NCBI GenBank assembly: GCA_028534125.1
Contig: CM052828.1
Span: 53,196,228-53,260,000, forward strand
Direction of reading: 5' to 3'
DNA: 63,773 nucleotides
Origin: Lama glama
Lineage: Eukaryota
Within the stretch, counting starts at the first letter, position 1. Each line of letters opens with the position of its first letter. Under the pieces are notes generated by a model. The model did no database searches. It had not been told where the DNA came from and saw only the letters and a list, made by a program, of their open reading frames with translations. A program made the position numbers and the translations under genes. Below are positions 52,391 to 63,773 of this stretch, in pieces.

Positions 52391-52599
52391 TTTGGTCACC
52401 ACACTTGCTAATGAGAATTATCAGGAGAGCCATACAGAAGCCGCTGATCTTTCATTTTCAGCAAAAAAGCTGAATTTTCAATTCTAGCAGAATTGAGTCA
52501 CTGTTCCCTACCTCAAGTTGCTCACCTTGGAGAGCCAGACAGAGTAGTGAAGACTGCTTCAGTACACATAAAAGTGAGCAGCTCACCTACCCTGTTGTA

Positions 52600-52750
52600 A
52601 CAGTCATCACACCTTAGTGTAATGACTTGTCCCATGTCTGCGTTGCTGCTAGACTGTCAGCTTTGTGAAGAGGGTTCTATTGTATCCCACAGCTTACTGT
52701 AGTGCCTGGTACATAGTAGATGCTCAGCAAACACTTGATGAATAAGTGAG
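52600..52750 (+). mobile_element. LINE-2 3' end
   Basis: ctagactgtcagctttgtgaag...gtgcctggtacatagtagatgctcagcaaacacttgatgaat. Confidence 0.7.
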
Positions 52751-55344
52751 TTACAGGTGATCAATATAATGAAAACTGTTATTAACCCATGTGTTATTTC
52801 AACATTAGTAGAAGCACCGTGTTGTGGAAATTATAGTCCCTTTGTATTTTATACTTGCCGTGCCCTATTTTGGGAGCTGTCTGAAGCTTGGAGTGTATTT
52901 TAATCTCTTATGATGCATCTGTACAGACAAAATGAAACAAAGAACTAAGGTCATGATTTGAACAATTTGAATGCCTAAACACATGTATGATTAAATTTTT
53001 ATTACATGTTAGATTTGGGATCTTATAGTTTCTTAGGAAGGGAGCTCCACTGACATGAAAATAACTCTGAACATCTCTTTTAAAGGGTGTACCAGTGTTC
53101 TAGGGTAACAGAGCTTGCAGTGGCCATTACAGCATATTCCAGTCAAATTTCCCATTTCAGAGCCTATGGGTTGTTTGATTTTAGTCAAACCACATTCTTG
53201 TTGTGTTGTATTAACATGTAGAAGACATCTGTATCTGCCATGTTAACTCCAGTGTGTGTGTTTTTAAACAACACTCCACAGCTGAGCCCTTGGAGGACCG
53301 GCCTATTTTGACAGCTCCCCTTAGTCCGTTTATCACCAAGCTTGTTCTCTGCCAATATATTTCANNNNNNNNNNNNNNNNNNNNNNNNNNNNNNNNNNNN
53401 NNNNNNNNNNNNNNNNNNNNNNNNNNNNNNNNNNNNNNNNNNNNNNNNNNNNNNNNNNNNNNNNNNNNNNNNNNNNNNNNNNNNNNNNNNNNNNNNNNNN
53501 NNNNNNNNNNNNNNNNNNNNNNNNNNNNNNNNNNNNNNNNNNNNNNNNNNNNNNNNNNNNNNNNNNNNNNNNNNNNNNNNNNNNNNNNNNNNNNNNNNNN
53601 NNNNNNNNNNNNNNNNNNNNNNNNNNNNNNNNNNNNNNNNNNNNNNNNNNNNNNNNNNNNNNNNNNNNNNNNAGATTCATGTTCAACTTCCCAGTGCCTG
53701 GATAGTCTTTGATATGTTACATGTCAGCCTCCTTGTTTTCCTCTCCTTCATCTTGAAACAATATTTGCCGGCATATCTCTGTTCCCATCTGGCCTACCAT
53801 AAGCTTCCTGATAGTCACCTGTCTGAAGGAGGAGGGGTGGGTAGGGGCGGGAGAAGAAATAAGTCTCTATTTCACCGCGCTTAAATTTTACATTCTCAGA
53901 AGGCCCTTTAATGCCGACTCAGCTCCATTTGTGAAAAGAGGATGATACAGGAATGAACAGCCAAAGAGAAAACGGAATCTGCTTACCACTCTCTCTGACC
54001 CACATGATCATTTTAGGGCCCCCTCCCTTTCCCTTATCTTCACCTGCCCTCCAAAAAAATGCCCTCCCCCTTTGTAAAGTGAAATAGTGTTAGCCTTCTA
54101 CCTCGAGTTTGGTGTAGCGTTCTATTCTGAGATTTATTCTAACCTAATTAGGTTCTTAAACTAAATGGTAAGAGACCAAGTAGTTGGCTACCCCCTGTAA
54201 TTATTTTCAAATGAAAGAAATGAAGATCATTTTAACTTGGATTTGCATGATGGAAAGGGAGCATTAATACATGTAAACATGGATTAATCTGTTTAAATAA
54301 ACTTTCCCCATAATCCTTACCGTATGTAAACAGCATTTGTTCTGCCTTGGAGATATTGCATGATTGGACCCATGAGACTCCAGTAACCCCACTGAACAGT
54401 TTCCTTTTTTGTAACTTCAAAAGAAATGTTACATATTTATTGGAGGTTGTAGGGTGTTAAGTGTAGTTAGACATAAATTGTACCTCAGCTATTTCGTTAA
54501 TGCCAGTAGGGATTAAATTAGATTTTATAGCCGTTGTAGAAGTCTATTTGGTAGCTAACAAGTGGGATTTTTAAATCCTGGAAAACATAATCCTATTATA
54601 AAACAGGCAGCTGAATTAACATTACCCAGGAAGGTTCTCTTCATGGATTAGCATTTTTTGACAATAACAAAGAAAATCATCAAATTCTATGGGGATATTA
54701 CATGCTTTTTCAAAAGTCAGAATAGTGAATTGGGAAAAGGGAGCAAGATAAATGACCAAACACGCTATTACTTACACTGTTTCTTTTTAAGAAGAGCAAT
54801 GGAGGCTGGGAGGTAAAGCTGAGTGTGGGCTTGTCTGTAATACCGGCACACGCTCTGGAATTGGAAATGGGGCCTTGCTGATTTACATGTCAGGGCCCCA
54901 GCGTCGGTTGTACATAGTTTTTTGCATCAGTAATTCCTTACTCCTGGTTTCCTTATAGGGTCACCAAAGGGCAAAAAAGTCACTGTGAACCGAAGTTCAT
55001 GAATTAAAACACAAATTGGTGGTGGAATAAATATTTTGCTATTTTTTGTGAAATCAGTAACATTTTTTCAGTTATCATTAGACTCCAGAATCTGAGAATT
55101 TTAGAGCTGAAAAGGACCTTAACATTTATTTTGTTTCATTTTTCATAGTCCTTTTCCATGTTTACTTTAAATACCCCAAAACGATGGATCTCTCTCATTT
55201 ACACTCATACACACATACTCACTTAACAGTGTATGGGTGGCTTTTTTATTTTCAAAGAAGAACCATAAGTCTTAGCCATTGGTTTTGGCTTGCTGGTAAG
55301 GGTAATTATTAGAGCTTACAAGCCTTGCCAGTTTTCATTTGCAC

Positions 55345-55630
55345 GGGTATCTTCTTAGCAGATAATCACATGGGCATCAATCACTGGCATATCATTGTGT
55401 TAGGTAATTGCCTGTGCATCAATCACATGTGTATCTGAAGCAAGTCATCACGAGGGCATCAGTTCCATCTATATGGAAGATGGTAATTGCATTAGAAGCA
55501 GGGAAGGGCGTGTCTTCATGGCAGATAATCACATGGGTATCAATCACTTTAAGTATCGAGGTAGATAATCCTGTGCATATCCATCTGATGTACTAATGGG
55601 GATAATTATGTGGATATCACTCACATCAAC
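55345..55630. repeat. Degenerate ~40-bp tandem array with a 163-bp duplication
   Basis: gcagataatcacatggg(c/t)atcaatcact at 55358-55385 and 55521-55548 (27/28 identical); related units at ~55402, 55442, 55481, 55563, 55600. Confidence 0.75.
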
Positions 55631-55889
55631 ATGCTGGTTTTCTGGTAGAGGTTTACATGTGAAGCAGTCATGTCATATGTTTGCTTATGTTAGGGAAGAG
55701 GCCCGGTGTCCCTGGGTACACACTAGGGCAGGTGGCTTGGCAAGGGAAGGAAGCAGTGCCACCCAAGGCCTTCCTCAGCAGAGCACTGGAAACGCACGAT
55801 TAGAGAACGTTTTGAGCCTCTTTTGTTTTAAGGCTTTGTCTCCCACAAGAGTGGAAATAATCCTGGGAGGAATGTGAATGGGAATAAAG

Positions 55890-56420
55890 GACATTCGTGG
55901 TTTACCACAGAGCATCTATTTTTCCTTCTTCAGAGGTCAGTTCCTGATTTCTGTTCCAGCCCACATCATCAAGGTGTGATTTCAGCCCCCTGGAGTCTGG
56001 GGTTCAAGGCCCAGCAATCAGTGAGTTGCATTCCGCTGGCCACAGTGATTGGCTCAGGCCAGGACACGTGACATTAGCCAGTTCAATCAGAGTGAATCTC
56101 CGGACTTCTGTGGGAGAAAGGCTGTTTCGTGCTGGACCTCACTTGAGTGGAGGTGAGGCCAGCGCTGCTGCAGCCATCCTGCCTGGGGAGCCCAGTGTGT
56201 CCAGGGTTTACCACATAGGGTCAAAAGTGAAGTCCTCAGGACTGAGAGGTGGAGAGGAAGCTGCCTTGAGAGTGTTCCTTGGGCTTAATTCCAACAGGCT
56301 CTGAAGCAAAATCCCTGACCTGAAAGCACCCGCCTGAGCCATTAAAGTCCCTTTTGGTAGAAGCCAGGGTTGGAGGCATTTTTTTTTTGCCGCTTGCTTC
56401 AGAAAGTCCTGACCAATAGG
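55890..56420. mobile_element. MLT1J/K-type MaLR LTR
   Basis: gccacagtgattggctcagg...cacgtgac...tcaatcagagtgaatctccggact...cagaaagtcctgaccaata. Confidence 0.75.
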
Positions 56421-57235
56421 ATAAGTTTTTCAGATCCCATCCTGAGAACAAGGCTTCATTGGAGCAGGCCCTGTAGGAGAAGGAGCAGCTAGCTGTGAGG
56501 AAGCAAGTGAGGGCAGAGGGCAGGCTGGGCTTGGTTGCAGACTAATCACCATCACCCTCGGCCGGGGCCTAGAGCTGCATGCACTTGGCCCTGTTGGAGC
56601 AACCCAGTCTCCTGGCCTCGAAGCACCTGAGCTCAAGCCGTGAGGAGGGCTGATTAACAACATTTAAGTGCAGCCTGAATGCTTTCCCTTTTCCCCCTGC
56701 CTATTCTTATTGCTTTGATATTTATGGAATCCTCACAGTGGTTACACATCATTGTCCAGGTGGAGTTTCTACCGCCAAAATAAATGAAAAAATATATAGG
56801 TGTCCTCATGGCAAGAGCCGTACTGTTCTCAGGCCTTCTTTTATTGACAGTTCAGTAGGCAATTCGAATTTTTTTATCAGACTGAATGCTCCATCTGATG
56901 ATTATTGATTGATTTGAAAAGAGCCAAAAGTTTTGGAAAAGAAAGTAATAAAAAGAAATAATTCTCCTTGAAGTAAAATTTATTGCTATCCTGGATAGAA
57001 TGTTTTTTAGAAAAGCTGAATGGAATTTGTATGCTTTGTTTCCAAAATTCTGGTGTCAAGCGGCTTATGCCTTTTCTCCTTCAGTGTGAGTTCCTCCTGA
57101 CACAGTCAGCTTGTGTGTGTGCTGAGACTGAAATCAGAAGCTGTTGGACCTATCCAAGGAAACACATAATAAAAGAACAAAAATCACTGAAATTTACTTA
57201 CAGTCTGAAAACCTCATTTTAAGTTAATTCCAAAA

Positions 57236-57332
57236 TTTTCCTTCCTTTCTTCTTTCCTTCTTTCTTCCCTGCCTTCCTCCTTTCCTTTCTTTGTCTTTCT
57301 TTCTTCCCTCCTTCTCCCCCTCCTCCTCTCCA
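57236..57332 (+). repeat. Polypyrimidine (CTTT/CCT) low-complexity tract
   Basis: ttttccttcctttcttctttccttctttcttccc...cctcctcctctcc. Confidence 0.85.
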
Positions 57333-57967
57333 CAATCAGTAGAGATAGCAAAATGTACCACCTGTGGTTTGAAATTCACCCTTTTTGGCAGGGGGCAGAC
57401 TCCAGTGGAAGTTCAATTAACAGTTGGATGGCAAATGAGAAAGAGGGGGAAAGTGTAAGGCTTAGTTCATTCACAGATTAATCATCTCTTAGGTAAGTCC
57501 TTTCTGCCAGTGATACATACATGTTCTCATCTGCCTTGGGTAGATATTTGTAAAACAAATGCATGCATGAATAAATGCCTGATAAAATGATTGGTCTCTG
57601 GTTGGGAGGTGTCCCAAGGACTTAAAGGTCTAGTGTTAATGTTGTACAATTTATTCTCCACTCTGGTTTTCACATGTGCTCTTGCCTCTGCCCAGCGTCC
57701 TCCAAGTCTTTCTGGGACCATCATTCCTCAGAGGCCTCCCAGGACCACTGAGACTTAGCTATTTCGCTGGCCCTGTGTTTTCCCTGTGCTATGTGTACTT
57801 TCTCTTCTGTAATGTGCATCGCTCCTGTAATACTTGTGCAGTGCTTATCTTTTGCACTAGACTGGAAGCCCCACGAGGACAGGGATTGAGTCTGGATCCC
57901 CACCACCCAGCACTATGTCTGCACGTGCCACTTTGTTGCTCTCAGTGGAAGTGAGAGTGGCACAACT

Positions 57968-58432
57968 GTGGTGGACTCCCCATCCTGGGACACTGAGCAT
58001 CAGGACATGAGTTCGTGGAACCCATCCCAACTCAAGGGCTAAGTCTGACTAGGCCAGGGAAGGGTAATTCAATCCCCCTTGCCAGGGACCACTGTTCATA
58101 GCCAATGGCATATGTGGAATGGCTTGCTAAAGTCTTCTAGTAAAGTTTTCCCTCTTCTTAAAAGAGAACCGGTCTGTCTTTCTTGCTGACCATGACAAAG
58201 GGGCGTGTCACAGCAGTTACCATTAAGGATAGTCTGCAGTGGAAAAGCGACAACATTGTGGGTGGCAAAGGAGGTACAGAAGAAACAGCATCCTTGACAA
58301 TGTTGAACTGTTGGCCTTGCCAACCGAAGCTCCTTCACCTTTGGATGTTGTCACTTAACTGTTTTTAGTGTTTACTTGAGCCAGTCTGAATTGGGTTTTC
58401 TTCCTCTGAAGCCTAATGTATCCCAACTGAAT
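57968..58432. mobile_element. MLT1J-type MaLR LTR
   Basis: tgtggtgga...cccccttgccaggga...gccagtctgaattgggttttc...atcccaactga. Confidence 0.65.
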
Positions 58433-58439
58433 TGGAACC

Positions 58440-58650
58440 ATTGTGGAAAGCCTGCAGGCTTTGGTGTCAGATGCATTGAACTTGATTCCTCTTATTGGTG
58501 TGAACTTCAGGCTGACTTTCTTAATAAATGTGGTGGAGAAACTAATACTTCTAACATGAGGTTAATGTGTGGACTCAATGAAATTATGTATGTAAAACAT
58601 CTCCCAGAGTGCCTAAAACAGATTAAGTACTTAACAAATGTTATTTCTCT
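58440..58650 (+). mobile_element. MIR SINE
   Basis: gtggaaagcctgcaggctttggtgtcag...aatgaaattatgtatgtaaaacatct. Confidence 0.7.
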
Positions 58651-59695
58651 TCCACTTAGGAGATGTTTCATGTGTTGATCTTGGGATCCAATGGGTTGAA
58701 CTAACGAGCAATGAAATGAAGAATCCCCCAGGTCCTTTGCACATGAACCATTAAGTAGTTTACAGTCTAACACGGGAGTCAGACATTTGTAGTCATAATT
58801 ACAGTGGGTTTGACAGCAGCCGTAATTGGAGAACATGTCCTGCTAAAGGACGGTGAAAGTACGGATCAGACCACACCTGAAGCCCTTGAAGTCATAGTCA
58901 AGAGGACAAGGAACAGTCGAAAATGCTGAGGATGTTGTTAATTCTGATGAAAAGAACACTGAAAACCAGAAAAGACTTCAGAGAGAGCAGAGGGAATGGA
59001 ATTGTTCTGCTCTGCTTCAGAGGGCAGAACGAGGACAGGCCTCAGCAGTGAATGACTTAGATATGGGTTTTCATTCAATGGGAGAAAGAACTGTGAAGGA
59101 GTGAGTAGTGTGTAAATGGGAGAAAGCGAGTGCCCATCATCAAGGCGGAGGCCTGCCTGAGCATCCACTCATCAGGAGCCCCTGGCAGGAGCTTGGGCCA
59201 CCTGGCCCCCCAGGGCTCTAGCAGAGATCTGGATTTGACATTGAACTATTTATTCAGACTCTTGCTTGGACTCTGGCAGGTGAATTCAGCAAGCTTCTCT
59301 ATTTGTTTTGCTCTTGCTGTTGCTTTTCTGATTTCCCTCCAGCCTTTTTCTGATTTCCTCCTCGGCTGGCACCATGACTACCCCCGACCCCCATCCTTCA
59401 AACTCACCTCTTACCTTAAAGTTTTGTTTCATGCTCCCTTGACAACTAGAGTGATTCTGTACATGCAGGCAGGGTAAAGAGATTTGTGCAGCTGCATTGC
59501 AGTTTTTAAGGAACTTAAAGACCTACCTGTCCTATAAATCTTTCTGTCTGCCTACCATAATACCTGAAAATTTTCCATTTTCCTCATCTTTCACCCAAGG
59601 CATTGCCTCCAGAGTGTACTTGGTAAGATGTCAATGCATATAGTGCTTGGTAAGTTATTAATACACTACCTAGGGGGAATATTAATATCATATGC

Positions 59696-60290
59696 NNNNN
59701 NNNNNNNNNNNNNNNNNNNNNNNNNNNNNNNNNNNNNNNNNNNNNNNNNNNNNNNNNNNNNNNNNNNNNNNNNNNNNNNNNNNNNNNNNNNNNNNNNNNN
59801 NNNNNNNNNNNNNNNNNNNNNNNNNNNNNNNNNNNNNNNNNNNNNCTCTGCCCCTTAAACACTAGCTCACTATTCTCCTTTCCCCCCAGCCCTTGCTATC
59901 CACAGTTCTACCTTGTGTTTCTGAATTTGTCTGTTCTAGGGATCTNNNNNNNNNNNNNNNNNNNNNNNNNNNNNNNNNNNNNNNNNNNNNNNNNNNNNNN
60001 NNNNNNNNNNNNNNNNNNNNNNNNNNNNNNNNNNNNNNNNNNNNNNNNNNNNNNNNNNNNNNNNNNNNNNNNNATCCCATTGTTTGTATTCAGCATTCTG
60101 CTTATCTGTTCATCATTGGACATGGGATGTTCTACATTATGGCTGTTGTGAATAATCCTGGTATGAACATGGGTATACAAATATCTGTTTGAGTCCTCTT
60201 GCTTTCACTTTTTTTGGATATATATCCAGAAGTGGATATCCTGGATCGTATGGTAACTCTTTTAATTTTTGGGAGGACTGCCAGACAATT
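59696..60290 (-). mobile_element. LINE-1 3' end, L1MB-like, with probable TSD (masked 59696-59845 and 59946-60073)
   Basis: ctctgccccttaaacac...tatgaacatgggtatacaaatatctgtttgagtcc...ggatcgtatggtaactcttttaatttttgggagga; TSD attaatatcatatgc (59681-59695) and attaatactatatgc (60291-60305). Confidence 0.85.
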
Positions 60291-61424
60291 ATTAATACTA
60301 TATGCTTTAAAAAGCATATAGTATTAATTTATTTTGATGAGAGAATCAGAAAGTGTAAGTGTCCAAATCCTCTTGAGCTCTGAAAGTCGGAAACAAAAAC
60401 AATAAAAAGTGAAAGAAGCACTCATACTGAGAAAGAGAGAATACAGAGGTAGTGTGAGACCAGTGTTGATCCTGCACCCTCAGGATGCTAAGCTGAAAGG
60501 AAGGAAGAGTGAGGCAGAGAGGGCTGGGAGGGAGACCCTGTTGAGTGCCTGCAGGGACTATTTCTGGGAGCTTTTGCATTCATTAACTTATTTAATCATC
60601 GAAACAACCCAGCAGGTGCCCTTATTTTTTGTGGACAAGTCTTAGCTACTTCAAATTTTTAATTTTTATTGCTTTTAACAGCCATAAAGAATATTTTTAA
60701 AAGGGAAAAAATCATTTTGAATCCACCAGTCTCACACAAAATTTACTCCAATACTTCTGTGTTCTTTTTCAGGCTTTGCCCATTTGAAGCCATAATTTTT
60801 ACATGATTATGTAGTTATAATTTGATATTCTGCATTTTTATTGCTACAAAATCTTTGTATTTATTATTTTAACAGAGATATATATATATATATACACACG
60901 CACATAATTCAGTTAACCATTCCCTTCCTGCTGAAAATTTAGATTGTCTCCAGTTTTTCACTGTAATTTTATAATATAGTTATTATATAATTTATGTATA
61001 ATTTTAATTCTTATATAACTTAAAATTTTATCATTTTAGCAATAAAGAGCTTCATCTATGTAACTTTTTCCTTCATAGACTTACTTTTTTAAAAAATGTT
61101 TGTAGGACTAGGATTACCAGATCAATGGGTAGAAACATTTTATGGCTTTCGTTATACATTGTCAAAATTTTTTACCGGAGGATATATGAAAAAGTATTTT
61201 TCAAAGATTGGAAGCACATTTTCAGCAGCAGTATGTACCAGTGTCTCCACATTATTACTTTTAACTTCGTTTTACTATTTAGTACATTAAAATTATACTT
61301 TATTGTTGCTTTTTAAAAAATTACTTGCATGGACTTCATATATTTAGTATTTCCACATATATTTTGTTTCTTTACACCCTTTGTCCAGTTATCTATTGGG
61401 CAACTTTAGCAGTTTTCTGTTAAA

Positions 61425-61660
61425 ATGAAGAGCTTTGGTACCAGAAGCAAAGATGGATTCAGTTCTTACCTTTGTTATTTCTTAATCTTGGGCAAGTTAT
61501 ATTTAATTTCTTTAAGCCTCAGGTTTCTAATTAAAAAATAATAATAATATACCTGCCTAGATTATTGCAGAGATTAAATGAGATAATGTACATGAACCAC
61601 ATTAGTACAGTGCTTGGCACGTGGAATATGCTCAGTAAATATTAAACGTCTTAGCTGTTA
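61425..61660 (+). mobile_element. MIR SINE
   Basis: atcttgggcaagttat...gcctcaggtttct...gagattaaatgagataatg...tgcttggcacgtgg. Confidence 0.8.
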
Positions 61661-62384
61661 CTACTTTAAGTCATCCTTCTACCTGATTTCCTTCCCTCTT
61701 CTTCTTTATTATCTTCTATTTCTTTTTTTCCATTACCTCTTACCCTTGGATGGTTAAGCTGCTGGGAGTCGGAGGTGAGGGGGTGGGGTTGTGTGGGACC
61801 AGCCTTACCACTGTGTTCACACTCAGGCGTGGTCTGGTCTGACTAAACAGCATCTTCGCTCACAATGTCTGTGGCCGCATTCTTATGTTAAGTGGTTGGA
61901 TGGTTGACAATGGAATTGCAGAGTTGAAAGGGTATAGCGAGACCCTATTTTAGCTGCCCCTGTGCTCCCCGTTAGAGCTGGTGTTTGCCCGGGATTGTTG
62001 AGGTAGATTTACCCCATTTGCAAGGATGTTCGAGGGAAAATGTAGCCTCCTCACCTCCAGCCAGCGTGGGCTCCGCCGCTGCAGCTGCAACTGCAACTGG
62101 GTCTCGCTGTTTCTCCTCAGAGAGCGCAAAGCAGGCAGAAGGTCCGGTCCTTGGCTCTTTGGTGCCTAGTTCTCAACAGGCACTTTATATATTTCTTACT
62201 GGGACTTGGCAAAGTTTGACATCGTGCCCCAGGACCGCTGAGTGACCCAAGGCCTGTGCTATCCACTACATAACTCATCTGCATGTTAGTCATTATTCAT
62301 GTATTTGAAGATAGAGTATATTTTTATAGCAGAAAGAAATTCCTTTTCTTGCATACTTCTCATTCTTTCTTTTTGTCTCCTTAC

Positions 62385-62470
62385 TTTTTATTTTTTTGGT
62401 TAGTGGAGGTACTAGGGATTGAACCCAGGACCTCATGCATACTTAGTATATGTGCTCCCTGACCCATCCT
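62385..62470 (-). mobile_element. Partial camelid tRNA-Ala-derived SINE
   Basis: tggaggtactagggattgaacccaggacctcatgcatacttag. Confidence 0.8.
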
Positions 62471-62689
62471 TTTGGTTTTGTTTTTAATTTTCCATATGTT
62501 CACCTTGAGTCCAGACCCGTTATTTTCATAGAGACTCTGACTCTTAGTAGCTGCAGGACTTCACTCTGATTTAGGTGCTTCTCCTCTGGGCTCCCAAGAA
62601 TCAGGCTCCTGCCCCCAGCATGAGTATGACTAAGCCACAAAGTTCTGATCTGATGCAAAATCCAGTTGGGTGGCATTAAAGAATTGTCA

Positions 62690-63175
62690 CCCAGCACACC
62701 CATGTTCATAGCAGCATGGTTCACAACAGCCAAATTGTACCAATAACCCAAGTGTCCGTGACAGATGGATAGATAAAATGTGGTATATCTATACAGTGGA
62801 ATAGTGTTCAGCCTTTACAAAGTAAGGAAATTCTGACACATGCTATAGCATGTATGAATTTTAAAGATACTATGCTAACTGAAATGGGGCAGTCACAGNN
62901 NNNNNNNNNNNNNNNNNNNNNNNNNNNNNNNNNNNNNNNNNNNNNNNNNNNNNNNNNNNNNNNNNNNNNNNNNNNNNNNNNNNNNNNNNNNNNNNNNNNN
63001 NNNNNNNNNNNNNNNNNNNNNNNNNNNNNNNNNNNNNNNNNNNNNNNNNNNNNNNNNNNNNNNNNNNNNNNNNNNNNNNNNNNNNNNNNNNNNNTTTACT
63101 TAATACCCCTAAAATATACACTTAAAAATGGTTAATATGATAAATTTTATGTTAGGTTTATTTTACTACTTAAAA
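62690..63175 (+). mobile_element. LINE-1 3' end, L1MB-like (partly masked 62899-63094)
   Basis: cacacccatgttcatagcagc...ggaaattctgacacatgct...cacttaaaaatggttaatatgataaattttatgtt. Confidence 0.88.
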
Positions 63176-63179
63176 TATT

Positions 63180-63304
63180 GTTTTGTTTTGTCTTTGGCAA
63201 GTGAGGTAATTAGATTTATTTATTTTTTAATGGAGGTTGGGGTTGAACCCAGACCTCATGCATGCTAAGCACGCACTCTACCACTAAGCTCTACCCTCCC
63301 CCCC
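63180..63304 (-). mobile_element. Camelid tRNA-Ala-derived SINE (vic-1 type) with TSD
   Basis: gttgaacccagacctcatgcatgctaagcacgcactctaccactaagctctaccctccccccc; TSD aaaatatt at 63172-63179 and 63305-63312. Confidence 0.9.
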
Positions 63305-63773
63305 AAAATATTTTTTTAAAGAAAAAAAACTGGGACTCAACCAAGAATATGAAGAAGATAAAAAGAGGTTAGTGGAAAAAGTTAGCCACAACTTAGGTGA
63401 GAAGGTTACAACTCAAAGGAGAGGAAACAATTAGATTGGATTGTAATATAGACTTGAGAAAATTAACTCTGTCTGAAGGGTATGAACTTGAAATTTCCCC
63501 ATTGTCATAACAACCATAAGAGGGCTCAGGATCCTCCTGGCAAAGGAAGAATCACCTGGGCCTTTGTGTGTCTGGGGATTGTCTTTGGCCTATAAGCAAC
63601 CTTAGTCGCCACTGATTGTATCAGTAATTTATAGATTTATGAGCACTGTTGAAGTATTTGGGAAGGTTTTGCTTGTTAGGTCAATCATTTGAAGCATTTA
63701 GAAAGAAAATGAATGTATTAAATTCATAAATATGGTTATTAAAGTTTAAGGGAATTTAATAAAGCTGTAAATG

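Larger units (their letters stand above)
40634..63773 (+). other. CLYBL: CLYBL intron downstream of the exon (intron 2, partial)
   Basis: GT donor at 40634; the expected next exon (NEARLRIVK-like) was not found in the window. Confidence 0.8.

Noticed and set aside
55345-55630. CRISPR array
   Set aside because: Mammalian context, degenerate repeats, 'spacers' related to each other, no cas genes.

Overview
Mammalian, most likely camelid (camel/alpaca/llama), intronic genomic DNA; not microbial. The lineage call rests on five short tRNA-Ala-derived SINEs of the vic-1 type, with no Alu, Bov-A/Bov-tA/BovB or PRE-1 recognised. The only supportable coding sequence is one 187-bp + strand exon (40447-40633) of CLYBL, matching my recollection of exon 2. 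The rest is the 3' ~40 kb of the preceding intron and the first ~23 kb of the next one. Much of it is old interspersed repeat (L1MB/L1ME/HAL1, L2, MIR, MLT1, MER2B, MER58, MER5, MADE2). Repeat-poor stretches carry motif-dense blocks resembling conserved developmental enhancers, plausibly acting on the neighbouring ZIC5/ZIC2 pair. Ten N-runs look like length-preserving masks rather than assembly gaps. The best sequence-level curiosities are a probable L1 3' transduction, an L1 inserted into a perfect 18-bp palindrome, a degenerate ~40-bp array with a 163-bp higher-order repeat, and an unannotated hairpin. I cannot support a new multi-gene biological system here. Repeat subfamily names are from memory of consensus sequences and repeat boundaries are approximate.
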